Source: Candidatus Woesearchaeota archaeon (GTDB taxonomy: Archaea > Nanobdellota > Nanobdellia > Woesearchaeales > GW2011-AR9). From it: a stretch of 50,625 bases of DNA. This document shows, piece after piece, positions 9,755 to 19,090 of this stretch. The position numbers and the translations under genes were made by a program. The DNA is taken from positions 1 through 50,625 of the forward strand of contig JABHWJ010000013.1 of NCBI GenBank assembly GCA_018657845.1, given 5' to 3'. Numbering within the stretch: position 1 is the first letter of the stretch; each line of letters starts with the position of its first letter. Below the pieces are notes generated by a model. It ran no database searches, was not told the origin of the DNA, and was given only the letters and a program-made list of their open reading frames with translations.

Positions 9755-10708
9755 ATGGTTGCTAAAACAAAGTTTTCAAAAGAGGAATTAAATAAGATTC
9801 TGTTAGATTATGATTTAGGGAGATTGAAAAGTTTAAGATTATTCAAAGAAGGGACAGTACAGACGAATATCTTTCTTGAGACAACTAAGGACAATTATGT
9901 TTTAAGATACTATGAAAATAGATCAAAAGAATATGTTCTTTTTGAGGTGAACATTCTTCATTATTTTAGTGATCATAACTATCCTTGTGCAACTCCAATA
10001 AGAAATGTTCATGGGGAGTTTATTGGTAGGTATAAAAAGAAGTATTTTGCAATCTTTGATTATGTTAAAGGAAATCATATTGAGAAACCAACTAAAATTC
10101 AAGGTCATGAATTGGGAAAGTATCTTGCTAAGCTCCATAACATTTCACAAAGTTATAGGCCTGATTATTTGGAGGTTAGAGAAACTAAAGATAAAAAGTT
10201 TTGTTTGGACACTGCAAAAGTTGAAGGAAAGAAATTCAAATCAAGGATTAAAGCAAACAAAAGAATGGAAATTTTAAAAAGAGAAATTGGTAAGGTAAAA
10301 TTGCCAGGTTCTCTACCGAAAGGGGTGTGTCATGGTGATTGGGATATTACTAATTTGAAATTTGAGGGAAATAAATTAGTCGGGGTTTTGGACTTTGATG
10401 ATTCTTGTTATACTCATTTAATATTTGATGTGGCTAATTTTATTTATTATTGGGCGTGGATGAGGGAGAAAAAATTTGATTTTAGTAGAGCAAGATCTTT
10501 ATTGAAAGATTATTTGAAATATAGAAAACTTTCTGAAATAGAGAAAAGATATTTGTTTGATGGAATAAAGATGGTTATCTTTACTTATATGGGTTGGTTT
10601 TTTTATGAGAAGTGGAAGAATGAAGATGTGTTTGAGAAATGTAGGAACAGACTTGAATTTTTAGATGGAATTGGCCGGGAAGAGTTTTATAAAAAGCTGT
10701 TTAAGTGA
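9755..10708 (+). CDS. Type II homoserine kinase-like phosphotransferase (APH superfamily)
   Basis: EGTVQTN, YVLRYYE, LAKLH, LPKGVCHGD...N and GVLDFDD motifs. Confidence 0.75.
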   Translation: MVAKTKFSKEELNKILLDYDLGRLKSLRLFKEGTVQTNIFLETTKDNYVLRYYENRSKEYVLFEVNILHYFSDHNYPCATPIRNVHGEFIGRYKKKYFAIFDYVKGNHIEKPTKIQGHELGKYLAKLHNISQSYRPDYLEVRETKDKKFCLDTAKVEGKKFKSRIKANKRMEILKREIGKVKLPGSLPKGVCHGDWDITNLKFEGNKLVGVLDFDDSCYTHLIFDVANFIYYWAWMREKKFDFSRARSLLKDYLKYRKLSEIEKRYLFDGIKMVIFTYMGWFFYEKWKNEDVFEKCRNRLEFLDGIGREEFYKKLFK

Positions 10709-11546
10709 TTAATTGTTGACATTCTTCGTGGGTGAGTTTTTGATATTTTCCAGAAAGAACTATTTCTTGGTTAACTAATTCTGGTAGAGTTAATCCGGAG
10801 TCTGATTCTTGGTGATATTGGGTTGCAATTTCAGAAAAAGGAATGTCTGGATAAGTTATTTGGAGTTGATCAAATTTTGAGGTGAGGTCATCGAACTCTT
10901 GTTTGGGAAATGTTTTTGTGAAAGCTTTATTGGCACAGATCATTCCATAGATGACATCTACAACAGCATGTTGTTTTGTGTATAATACTGAAGAGAACAT
11001 TGCACCCATGTTTTTTTCATAAGGTTGAAATTCATTTGGAGGGATGATTGATTTTCCAATGTTGTAAGCTAGAACTGAATAAGTAATGTGTAAGCTAGGG
11101 CAGCAATTAACTGGATCATCCCAGTATTGGACAAATTTTAATGCCTTATCTTTGTGTTTTGTTGGCCGGGGCATGAAGGTTGGAATTGTTTTGAAAACAT
11201 CGGCAGCAAGTTCATTAGCGTATTTGAAACAGTCGGTGATTTCTTGCACTTCTTGGTTTTCGATGCAAGCAATACTGAAGTGTTTGGCTAATGAGAAAAA
11301 TTGAGGAACAATTAATGAATAGGCCTTGGCATCTTTTGGTTTAAAGGGAATTCTTTTATCTATCTCTGTTTCTACACAATACTTGTCTGCGTTTCTGATT
11401 AGGTTTTGAGTCCGGTGATATTGATTCATCCAGTCCCAAGCAATGTCTAGGAGAATTCTTCCTTTTTTACTGGTTTGTAAGTGTAAGAACTCTCTGATTA
11501 CTGGGAGAGTAAGTTTTACTGGTGGCATTGGTGGTAGAGAAAACAT
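10701..11546 (-). CDS. Divergent PAP2-superfamily phosphoesterase
   Basis: PTFMPRP, DDPVNCCPSLH and TKQHAVVDVIYG match PAP2/IPC-synthase-type motifs; few hydrophobic stretches. Confidence 0.6.
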   Translation of the reverse strand: MFSLPPMPPVKLTLPVIREFLHLQTSKKGRILLDIAWDWMNQYHRTQNLIRNADKYCVETEIDKRIPFKPKDAKAYSLIVPQFFSLAKHFSIACIENQEVQEITDCFKYANELAADVFKTIPTFMPRPTKHKDKALKFVQYWDDPVNCCPSLHITYSVLAYNIGKSIIPPNEFQPYEKNMGAMFSSVLYTKQHAVVDVIYGMICANKAFTKTFPKQEFDDLTSKFDQLQITYPDIPFSEIATQYHQESDSGLTLPELVNQEIVLSGKYQKLTHEECQQLIT

Positions 11547-11653
11547 ATTATCTGAGGAGTAAGTTTATTATAAATTTATTTCTGTGTTGGAGTGGATACA
11601 TGAGCTAATGTTTAAGGAATGTTTATATAATGAAGAATTAATATATTTAAATT

Positions 11654-11893
11654 ATGAATAAGAAAATTATTTTAATTGGGGTTATTGCGGTGTTGATACT
11701 TTCTTTAGTGATAGTGTTTACTGTTTTTAAACACGATTATCGGCCAGCTACATTGGATGGAGATAAATGTTTCACTTATACTCAAGATTGTACTTGTTTT
11801 GGATCACTTTTGGTTATGGAAAGTTTTCCTCTTCAATATAATTGCCAAGGGTTAGAGTTCTGTGAAGAGATTAATGTTACTGAATGTGATTAA
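11654..11893 (+). CDS. Small membrane-anchored Cys-rich protein
   Basis: N-terminal signal/TM, six Cys; preceded by TTTATATA box. Confidence 0.7.
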   Translation: MNKKIILIGVIAVLILSLVIVFTVFKHDYRPATLDGDKCFTYTQDCTCFGSLLVMESFPLQYNCQGLEFCEEINVTECD

Positions 11894-11916
11894 TCTTTGT
11901 TAGGTATTGATATTCC

Positions 11917-11932
11917 CAGAAACCTTTATAAA
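11917..11932 (+). promoter_or_regulatory. BRE/TATA promoter for rps2
   Basis: CAGAAACC-TTTATAAA, about 125 nt upstream of the uS2 ATG. Confidence 0.6.
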
Positions 11933-12057
11933 GTACTGACGAAAATAGATAGTTATAGCCGACGCTTATCCGTTGTAGGGTAAAGCATTACACATTGAGG
12001 CAAAAAAAATATGTGAATAAGACTTATTCTTATTTGCTAATGGAGCTAAAATAAAAA

Positions 12058-12666
12058 ATGGTAGCAGAACAACAAGAGAATTTACTCTTACCTTCAGCTG
12101 AATACTTGAAGTCAGGAGTACATATTGGAACTAAATTTAAAACTAAATATATGAATAATTTCATTTACAAAACTAGGCCAGATGGGTTAAGTGTTTTGAA
12201 TTTGAAGAAAATTGATGAAAGAGTCAAAGTTGCAGCTAAGTTCTTATCACAATATGAACCTCAAGATATTTTGGTGGTAGGTAGGAGAGAGAATGGCTGG
12301 AAAGCTTTGAAGATGATGAATAAATTAGCTGGAATCAGAGTTATTACTGGAAGGTATCCCCCAGGAATTCTAACTAATCCAAATCTAGAAACTTTTATTG
12401 AACCAAAGGTATTGGTAGTTTGTGACCCTTGGCCAGATAAGAATGCAGTAGAAGATGCTTTGAAAGCAGGAATGCCTATTGTGGCATTATGTGATACAAA
12501 TAACCAAACCAATAATCTTGATTTGGTAGTTCCTTGTAATAATAAAGGAAGGAAATCCGTAGGGATAGTAATATATTTGTTAACTCAAGAATACTTACGT
12601 CATAAAGCTGTGTTGAAGGGCGATGAAAAGTTAGGCGCCGAAATAGACGACTTTACTGATGAATAG
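12058..12666 (+). CDS. rps2: 30S ribosomal protein uS2 (archaeal type)
   Basis: YLKSGVHIGT, GRYPPGILTNP, PIVALCDTNN, PCNNKGRKS. Confidence 0.97.
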   Translation: MVAEQQENLLLPSAEYLKSGVHIGTKFKTKYMNNFIYKTRPDGLSVLNLKKIDERVKVAAKFLSQYEPQDILVVGRRENGWKALKMMNKLAGIRVITGRYPPGILTNPNLETFIEPKVLVVCDPWPDKNAVEDALKAGMPIVALCDTNNQTNNLDLVVPCNNKGRKSVGIVIYLLTQEYLRHKAVLKGDEKLGAEIDDFTDE

Positions 12667-12667
12667 A

Positions 12668-12695
12668 TTTATTCTTTTTTTCTTTTTATTTTATC
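12668..12695 (+). terminator. Archaeal oligo-T terminator after rps2
   Basis: T-runs immediately after the TAG stop. Confidence 0.5.
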
Positions 12696-12726
12696 ATTTC
12701 GTTTATTTACCTATTAAGGAGGGGAC

Positions 12727-13434
12727 TTGTTGATGTCTGACAATATTATTGAATTAAGAAGTAGGGAAGATCTAGAAAGAATTGTAAAAACAAGTCTTAG
12801 TGATTTTTTCAGTAATCAACTTAGAACATTTTTGAATGAGAACCCAAACTCTGTTGATGATATAAAACGTGAGATTTCTTTGTTTAATATCACTGATGAT
12901 CTTGAGAAAAGATATGAGAAGAAATTAGAGCATTTTTGTGGTTTTATCCGAATGTTTTATTTCGGCATGAGCCGTGATAAGGTTGATAAAGAGGATATGT
13001 TATTCCATGGGTTTTTGGATCAATTTCAAGGTGAAGAATACTTTGAGATGGCTTATTCTTTTAGAAATTCACGAGATAATAGTATTGATAATCTTAATGC
13101 TCTTCAAGAATTTATAAATGGTGAACTGATTAGTCATAAATTGGATCTGAATTCTATCCGGGAGCCCAGTTTTCTCTTACCTTTCATAATGGGTCTTTAT
13201 CCAAATGCTGATAGCTTGAATCATACATTTTTAAACTATCTTGAGAAACAAGTGGAATCTGTTGGACAATTAACTAGAAACCTCATGTTGGTTTTTGGAA
13301 AACTACAGGGCATTGATCAAAATGAAGTTTATAGGGATGTGGCAATGCGTAAGAAAAAGTTCATAGAATTATCATTTTATGAACATAGTTTTGTGCCAAT
13401 GGTAGAATGTTTATACGAATCTTATCAGCGTTAG
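12727..13434 (+). CDS. Hypothetical protein
   Basis: 235-aa ORF with GGAGGG SD upstream (ATG 12733 is an alternative start); no recognised motif. Confidence 0.7.
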   Translation: MLMSDNIIELRSREDLERIVKTSLSDFFSNQLRTFLNENPNSVDDIKREISLFNITDDLEKRYEKKLEHFCGFIRMFYFGMSRDKVDKEDMLFHGFLDQFQGEEYFEMAYSFRNSRDNSIDNLNALQEFINGELISHKLDLNSIREPSFLLPFIMGLYPNADSLNHTFLNYLEKQVESVGQLTRNLMLVFGKLQGIDQNEVYRDVAMRKKKFIELSFYEHSFVPMVECLYESYQR

Positions 13435-13493
13435 ATTCTTTTTTTTTCTTTTTAACAAAACATTTTTATAATTATGTTTAAAATAAGTTTTTT

Positions 13494-14054
13494 ATGAAAT
13501 TAATCATAGTTAGACATGGGGAAACTGAAGAGAATAAGGCACATATTTTGCAAGGGCACTTACCCGGAAAACTTTCTCAGTTAGGAATTGAACAGGCAAA
13601 GAAAGTTGCTTTGAGATTAAAAGAAGAACCAGTTGAGGTTATTTATTCGAGTGATTTGGCAAGAGCTGTTGACACTGCTAAAGAGATTCATAAGTTTCAT
13701 CCTGGTGTGGATTTAATATTTACAGAAAAGCTTAGAGAAAAAAATATGGGAAGTTATACTTCTCTTAATTATAAAGAGGTTGATTGGGACAATCCTCCTA
13801 AGGATATGGAAACTAGAGAGAGTATGAGGATAAGAGTTAAATCTTTGATTGATGAGGTTTATTCAAAATATCAAAATAAGACCGTTGTCTTTGTTGGTCA
13901 TGGGGGAATAAATAAAGCTATTATTGCTTTGGTTAAAGGAGAAGGAGTAGATTATGATTTGGTCAATTCAGGAAATACTGCAGTAACTATTTTTGAGATT
14001 TATGAAGATAACAAACATAAGATTCATTGTCTGAATTGTACTAAGCATTTGTGA
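13494..14054 (+). CDS. Histidine phosphatase (phosphoglycerate mutase family)
   Basis: VRHGET, SSDLARA, LREKNMG, VGHGG. Confidence 0.92.
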   Translation: MKLIIVRHGETEENKAHILQGHLPGKLSQLGIEQAKKVALRLKEEPVEVIYSSDLARAVDTAKEIHKFHPGVDLIFTEKLREKNMGSYTSLNYKEVDWDNPPKDMETRESMRIRVKSLIDEVYSKYQNKTVVFVGHGGINKAIIALVKGEGVDYDLVNSGNTAVTIFEIYEDNKHKIHCLNCTKHL

Positions 14055-14145
14055 GGTAACTAGTTCTTTTAGAAGAGATGATTTAGAGTAATTAAATGGT
14101 CTTTAATAATACTTATAAAGGGAAAATCGATGTTTGTTAAATAGG

Positions 14146-15114
14146 ATGAAAAAGAAGATTGTGGTCATTGGTGGAGGGACAGGAAACTTTACAGTGTTAC
14201 AAGGGTTAAAGAATTATCCTGTGGAGTTAAGTTCAATTGTTTCGATGGCTGATGACGGCGGAAGTACTGGGGTTTTGCGCGATGAATTGGGAGTATTGCC
14301 TCCAGGAGATGTGAGACAATGTTTAGTTGCTTTATCAGGATCATCACGTTTGATGAGGAGTTTGATGAATTACCGGTTTGAAGATGGATGTTTACAAGGA
14401 CACAGTTTTGGAAATTTATTCTTATCTGCTTTGGAGAAAGTTACAGGTAGTTTTGAAAAAGCAGTAGATGAGGTAGGGAAGGTTTTATTGATTAAGGGGA
14501 AAGTGATTCCAGTTACAATTAATCAAACCAGATTGAAAATGATTTTGAATAATAAGAAACTGTTGGATGGAGAGTGTCAGATTCACGAATCTACTGAAGT
14601 CGATCAAGGATATACTGCGCTTTATTTGGAACCTTTTCCTACAGTGAATCAACGAGCGATTGATGAAATCAGGAATGCGGATTTGATTGTTTTAGGTCCG
14701 GGCGGATTATATACTTCTTTAATTCCAAATTTACTTGTGGAAGGAATGAGTAAGGCTTTAAGGGAAACGCAAGCTAAGAAAGTTTTTGTGGTTAATCTAA
14801 TTAATAAAAAAGGTCAAACCACCAATTTTTCTACTGGGGATTATTTGAAAGAGATAAATAGATTTACAGGAAGGAATGTTTTTGATCATGTTATAATCAA
14901 TGATGGTCTTCCTCCAGAGGAATTAGTTGCCAAGTATAAAGAAGAAGGAGATTTAGTTAAAGATGATTTGGAGGATCCAAAAATTATTAGAGCTAATTTA
15001 TTGGGTAATGGATTTAAGGAAGTACAGAAAGGGGATTTGATTAAGAGGAATTTAATTCGTCATGATTCTGATAAACTGGCTGCAGAGTTGATGAAACTTG
15101 TTGAAACTTGTTGA
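14146..15114 (+). CDS. YvcK/GlmR-like protein (CofD/UPF0052 family)
   Basis: IGGGTG, ADDGGSTGVLR, PPGDVR, GHSFGNL, GPGGLYTSLIPNL and RHDSDKLA; bacterial YvcK-type rather than F420 CofD-type. Confidence 0.88.
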   Translation: MKKKIVVIGGGTGNFTVLQGLKNYPVELSSIVSMADDGGSTGVLRDELGVLPPGDVRQCLVALSGSSRLMRSLMNYRFEDGCLQGHSFGNLFLSALEKVTGSFEKAVDEVGKVLLIKGKVIPVTINQTRLKMILNNKKLLDGECQIHESTEVDQGYTALYLEPFPTVNQRAIDEIRNADLIVLGPGGLYTSLIPNLLVEGMSKALRETQAKKVFVVNLINKKGQTTNFSTGDYLKEINRFTGRNVFDHVIINDGLPPEELVAKYKEEGDLVKDDLEDPKIIRANLLGNGFKEVQKGDLIKRNLIRHDSDKLAAELMKLVETC

Positions 15115-15142
15115 TTATTGAAACTTGTTAAATGGATTTAAG

Positions 15143-15628
15143 ATGAAGGAAAAATTATTAATTTTTGATTTAGATGATACATTGATTGATACTAATGGCG
15201 TTTTAAGAGAGGAGACTGTTTGGGAAGATGTGGAAAAGTTGACATTATTGCCTGGAGTGAAAGATTTCTTTATTAATTTTTCAGGAAAGAAAGTTTTAGT
15301 AACAAAAGAAACTGATGAAGGATTGCAGAGTAAGAAAATAGAAGTTTTAAAGATAAGAGATTTATTTGTTGAGATTCTGATTTGTTATAATAATGAAGGA
15401 AAGAAAAAATGTTTTGAAAAAGTGATGAATGATTTTCCGGATGATGAGCTTTGGGTGATTGGAGATCGGAGAGATTCAGAGATTAGGCATGGTAATGAAT
15501 TGGGTCTGAAAACAATGTTATTGAAGCGTGGAAAATATAAAAATTTAAAAGCTAAAGATGGGTTAGAGGTCCCAGATTATGAAGTAGAGGGATTTGAGGA
15601 ATTAACGGAGATAATATGCAAGCAGTAA
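15143..15628 (+). CDS. HAD-superfamily hydrolase
   Basis: FDLDDTL motif I, VT motif II, K motif III, IGDRRDSE motif IV. Confidence 0.85.
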   Translation: MKEKLLIFDLDDTLIDTNGVLREETVWEDVEKLTLLPGVKDFFINFSGKKVLVTKETDEGLQSKKIEVLKIRDLFVEILICYNNEGKKKCFEKVMNDFPDDELWVIGDRRDSEIRHGNELGLKTMLLKRGKYKNLKAKDGLEVPDYEVEGFEELTEIICKQ

Positions 15629-16713
15629 TTCTAGCAGCAGGAAAGGGAACGAGGATGTATCCCATGGCGATTAATAAGCCTAAGCCTTTAATAGAGGTAG
15701 CTAACAAGCCAGTTTTAGAACATACGCTAGATCAGATGCTAGGATTAATCGAAGAAGTAGTTATTATTGTGGGTTATAAGAAAGATATGATCATAGAAAG
15801 ATTTGGAGATAATTATAAAGGAATGAAAATCACTTATGTGGTACAAGAAGAGCAAAAAGGAACTGGACACGCGGTGTCAATGGCTCGAGAATTTGTTAAA
15901 GAGAAATTTTTGGTATTAAATGGAGATGATTTGTTTTCTAGAAAAGATATGGAGAACATTTCTAAATATAATAATTGTATTTTGGTTAAGTATAAAGAAG
16001 ATCCTTCTGCGTTTGGGGCGGTTGTTGTTAAAGAAGGGAAGGTTATTGATATTGTAGAGAAATCTAAAGAGTTAGTTTCTAATTTAGTTAACGCAGGAAT
16101 GTATTGTTTTTCTTTAGGGGTTTTTGAAATTTTGGAAAATTTAGAACCTTCAATTCGAGGAGAGTATGAGTTGACGGACGCAGTTAAGATTTTGGCTTCA
16201 CAAGGAGAGATGTATTATGAAGAGGTGAAGGGTTATTGGATTCCGGTGGGTTACCCATGGCATATCATTGAGGCCACCGAGAAATTATTAGAAGAGAGGG
16301 AAGAAGTTTCTATTAGGGGATCGTTGGAGAGTGGAGTGATTGTGGATGGTTCTATAGATATTGGGGAAAGTTCTATTGTTGGGGAAGGAACGTTGTTACA
16401 AGGAACAGTAGTTGTAGGAAAAAATTGTAAAATTGGTAGGAGTTGTAAAATAAAAGGTTTTAGTGCTATTGGGGAGAGGGCTGTAATTGAAGACGGCGTG
16501 GAATTAGAGGATGTGATTGTTGGGGCTGGAGCTCGGATCGGAGCTGGTTGCGTGATAAGGGATTCTGTTTTGGGAGAAGGCTCAATTGTTTCTTCGGGAG
16601 TTAAGATAGATAATAAAAATTGTGGTTGCAAGAAGAATGGGGGGAAGGGAGTTTATGTTGGAGATGATTGTAAGGTAGGAGATGAATTTGAGGAAGGAGT
16701 AGCGGTTGATTGA
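15616..16713 (+). CDS. Sugar-phosphate nucleotidyltransferase with left-handed beta-helix (archaeal GlmU-like)
   Basis: LAAGKGTRM, PKPL, QKGTGHA, NGD, RGEYELTD; C-terminal hexapeptide repeats. Confidence 0.88.
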   Translation: MQAVILAAGKGTRMYPMAINKPKPLIEVANKPVLEHTLDQMLGLIEEVVIIVGYKKDMIIERFGDNYKGMKITYVVQEEQKGTGHAVSMAREFVKEKFLVLNGDDLFSRKDMENISKYNNCILVKYKEDPSAFGAVVVKEGKVIDIVEKSKELVSNLVNAGMYCFSLGVFEILENLEPSIRGEYELTDAVKILASQGEMYYEEVKGYWIPVGYPWHIIEATEKLLEEREEVSIRGSLESGVIVDGSIDIGESSIVGEGTLLQGTVVVGKNCKIGRSCKIKGFSAIGERAVIEDGVELEDVIVGAGARIGAGCVIRDSVLGEGSIVSSGVKIDNKNCGCKKNGGKGVYVGDDCKVGDEFEEGVAVD

Positions 16714-16814
16714 TTTTTTCTAAAGATTTTTGTTAATTATGGTTAATAAATAAACTTAAAATAAAAAGTTATATAAAACCAAAAATATTTATTAATAAAA
16801 AAAGAGGTTATTGT

Positions 16815-16883
16815 ATGAAGTTTAAAGTTAAAGATACGGAAGAACAAGTTCTTCGGACCTTCCACTCAGGGGATCAGAAATGA
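16815..16883 (+). CDS. Putative 22-aa upstream ORF MKFKVKDTEEQVLRTFHSGDQK
   Basis: GAGGT SD at 16804-16808; its TGA overlaps the AMP phosphorylase ATG (ATGA). Confidence 0.4.
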   Translation: MKFKVKDTEEQVLRTFHSGDQK

Positions 16884-18358
16884 AATTCCGTGTGAAAGAT
16901 ATGGATATAGCTACAGGAGATATTCTAGTTGCTATTCTAAATGAGAAAGATGCCAAGAAACTAGATCTTCATTCGGGAGATAGGGTGTTAGTGAATTATG
17001 GAAAAAAGTCAACTGTAGCCATATTAGATATTTCTGAAAGTAAAAGAGCTGTTCCTGAAGGAAAAATTGGATTATTTGAAGAGGTTTTGGACAAATTACA
17101 TATTAAAAAGGGAGCAGTTATAGATTTAGGGTTTACTGGCAAGCCAGAATCTGTTAAATATATTAGAGATAAATTATTCGGAAAAACATTGGCTTATACT
17201 GAGTTGTATCGTATCATAGATGATATTACTAATGATAGATTAACAGCGGTTGAAAAAACTTATTTTGTTGCTGCGGGGTTTATTAATGGTTGGAGTACCG
17301 AAGAAGTTGTAGACATGACTAAGGCAATGGTAGAAACTGGCGGGCAATTGAAATTTCCAGGAGTTACGTTAGATAAACATTGCATTGGGGGAGTGCCAGG
17401 AAATAGAACAACCATGATAGTTATTCCGATAATTGCTTCAGCAGGATTTACAATTCCAAAAACTAGTTCGAGGGCAATAACTTCTCCCGCGGGAACGGCA
17501 GATACAATGGAATGTCTGGCTAGAGTAGAATTACCTGAGAAGAGAATAAAAGAAATAGTTAGAAAAACAAAAGCTTGCATAGTTCATGGTGGAAGTATGA
17601 ATCTTGCTCCTGCAGATGATAAGATAATTGAAGTGGAACACCCTCTGTCAATAGATGCAGAAGGGCAATTGTTAGCTTCAGTGATGGCGAAAAAGTATAC
17701 TGTCAGTGCCAATCATGTTTTGATAGATATTCCTTTGGGAAAAACTACTAAGGCCAAAAATAAGAAAGATGCTAATCACTTGAGGAAGATGTTTGAGTTG
17801 ATTGGAGCAAAATTAGGAATGAATGTTATTGTTATAATTACAGATGGATCTCAACCAATAGGGAATGGGGTCGGTCCATTATTAGAATCAGAAGATGTAA
17901 TGGCGGTTCTTCGTAATGACCCATTAGCTCCAGAAGACCTAAAAGAGAAAGCAATTAAAATGGCTGGAATCTTATTAGAGATGACCGGAAGGTATAGGAG
18001 AAGAGAGGGTGCGAAAGTTGCTAGGGAAATTCTGAAAAGTGGTCAGGCTTTAAAGAAGATGCAAGAGATTATCAAGGCACAGGGAAGACAGAAGAAGTTT
18101 ACCTTGGGAGAGTATAGAAAACCAGTCAAGAGTGGAAAGAAGGGGAGAGTGAAAGAGATTGATAATGAGATTATTGCTAAGATTGCACGGATGGCAGGAG
18201 CACCTCACGATAAGGGATCAGGATTATTTATTAATAAAAAAATAGGAGATTCTGTTAAGAACGGAGAATTATTGTATACTTTGTATGCAGAAAATAAGTT
18301 TAAGTTGGATCTGGCGGTAGAATTCTTAAAGAAGAATAAAGGGTATATTATTGGTTAA
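16880..18358 (+). CDS. deoA: AMP phosphorylase (thymidine phosphorylase family, archaeal type)
   Basis: N-terminal extension, DKHCIGGVPGNRTT, PKTSSRAITSPAGTAD, LAPADD, SVMAKK, GSQPIGNGVGP. Confidence 0.93.
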   Translation: MKFRVKDMDIATGDILVAILNEKDAKKLDLHSGDRVLVNYGKKSTVAILDISESKRAVPEGKIGLFEEVLDKLHIKKGAVIDLGFTGKPESVKYIRDKLFGKTLAYTELYRIIDDITNDRLTAVEKTYFVAAGFINGWSTEEVVDMTKAMVETGGQLKFPGVTLDKHCIGGVPGNRTTMIVIPIIASAGFTIPKTSSRAITSPAGTADTMECLARVELPEKRIKEIVRKTKACIVHGGSMNLAPADDKIIEVEHPLSIDAEGQLLASVMAKKYTVSANHVLIDIPLGKTTKAKNKKDANHLRKMFELIGAKLGMNVIVIITDGSQPIGNGVGPLLESEDVMAVLRNDPLAPEDLKEKAIKMAGILLEMTGRYRRREGAKVAREILKSGQALKKMQEIIKAQGRQKKFTLGEYRKPVKSGKKGRVKEIDNEIIAKIARMAGAPHDKGSGLFINKKIGDSVKNGELLYTLYAENKFKLDLAVEFLKKNKGYIIG

Positions 18359-19089
18359 AATTTTCTACAGAAAGTTAGAAAACCAGTATGGCCAAGCATT
18401 TGAAACTCTGGACGCATGATTTTGTCTTCAATTTTCCATTTCCGTTCTAGAAGTTCTAATGTTTCGATTACTTTAATTTTTGTTCTTCTAGTGGAGTCAA
18501 TGAATATTTTTACTTGAGTGAGGTTGGGAAGATAGACAACTAAGTGAGCTCCAGATTTAAGAGACTTTTCTGCATGGGGAATCACTTGCCAGGGTTCAGG
18601 GAGATCCAAATTGATTAAATCTAATTCTTTTTCTTTGATGCCTTTGTAAATGTTATCTTGTTTTAGGTGAAGATTTTTGAGGTTAAATAGTTTAATATTT
18701 TTGTTGATGATATCATAATGTTCTGGGTTGATTTCGTAAACAGTTATCTCTTTGCAAATGTTGGCTAATGAAAGGCAGAGAGAACCAGAACCCCCTCCAG
18801 CGTCAACGATTTTGGAACTGTGGTTTATTCCAGTTTTAGCGATGACTAGGCCAATGTCTTTAGGTAACATTACTTGGGGTCCACGTTGTAGCGATTCCCA
18901 GAGGTCAGGAAAAGTAGGGTTGATTAAGGAGAAATTCTTTTCTTTGTTTGAAGTTAAGGTTTCTTTTTTTGACTTAAGATCTTTACTTTTGATTATACCA
19001 AAAGAGGTATGAAAGTCTTCATCTAGGTCTTTTACGAAAAACTTTTTTCCAGTGTTTTTTTCAATTAATATTTTTTTTATGTTTCTCAT
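18355..19089 (-). CDS. trmI: tRNA (adenine-N1)-methyltransferase TrmI/GCD14 family
   Basis: RGPQVMLPKD, DAGGGSGSL, LDLPEPW, RP..GHTGFL; start at 19089 avoids a 77-nt overlap with the upstream gene. Confidence 0.9.
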   Translation of the reverse strand: MRNIKKILIEKNTGKKFFVKDLDEDFHTSFGIIKSKDLKSKKETLTSNKEKNFSLINPTFPDLWESLQRGPQVMLPKDIGLVIAKTGINHSSKIVDAGGGSGSLCLSLANICKEITVYEINPEHYDIINKNIKLFNLKNLHLKQDNIYKGIKEKELDLINLDLPEPWQVIPHAEKSLKSGAHLVVYLPNLTQVKIFIDSTRRTKIKVIETLELLERKWKIEDKIMRPEFQMLGHTGFLTFCRKF

Positions 19090-19090
19090 T

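Noticed and set aside
14146-15114. CofD implying coenzyme F420 biosynthesis
   Set aside because: Motifs fit the YvcK branch and no other cof genes are nearby
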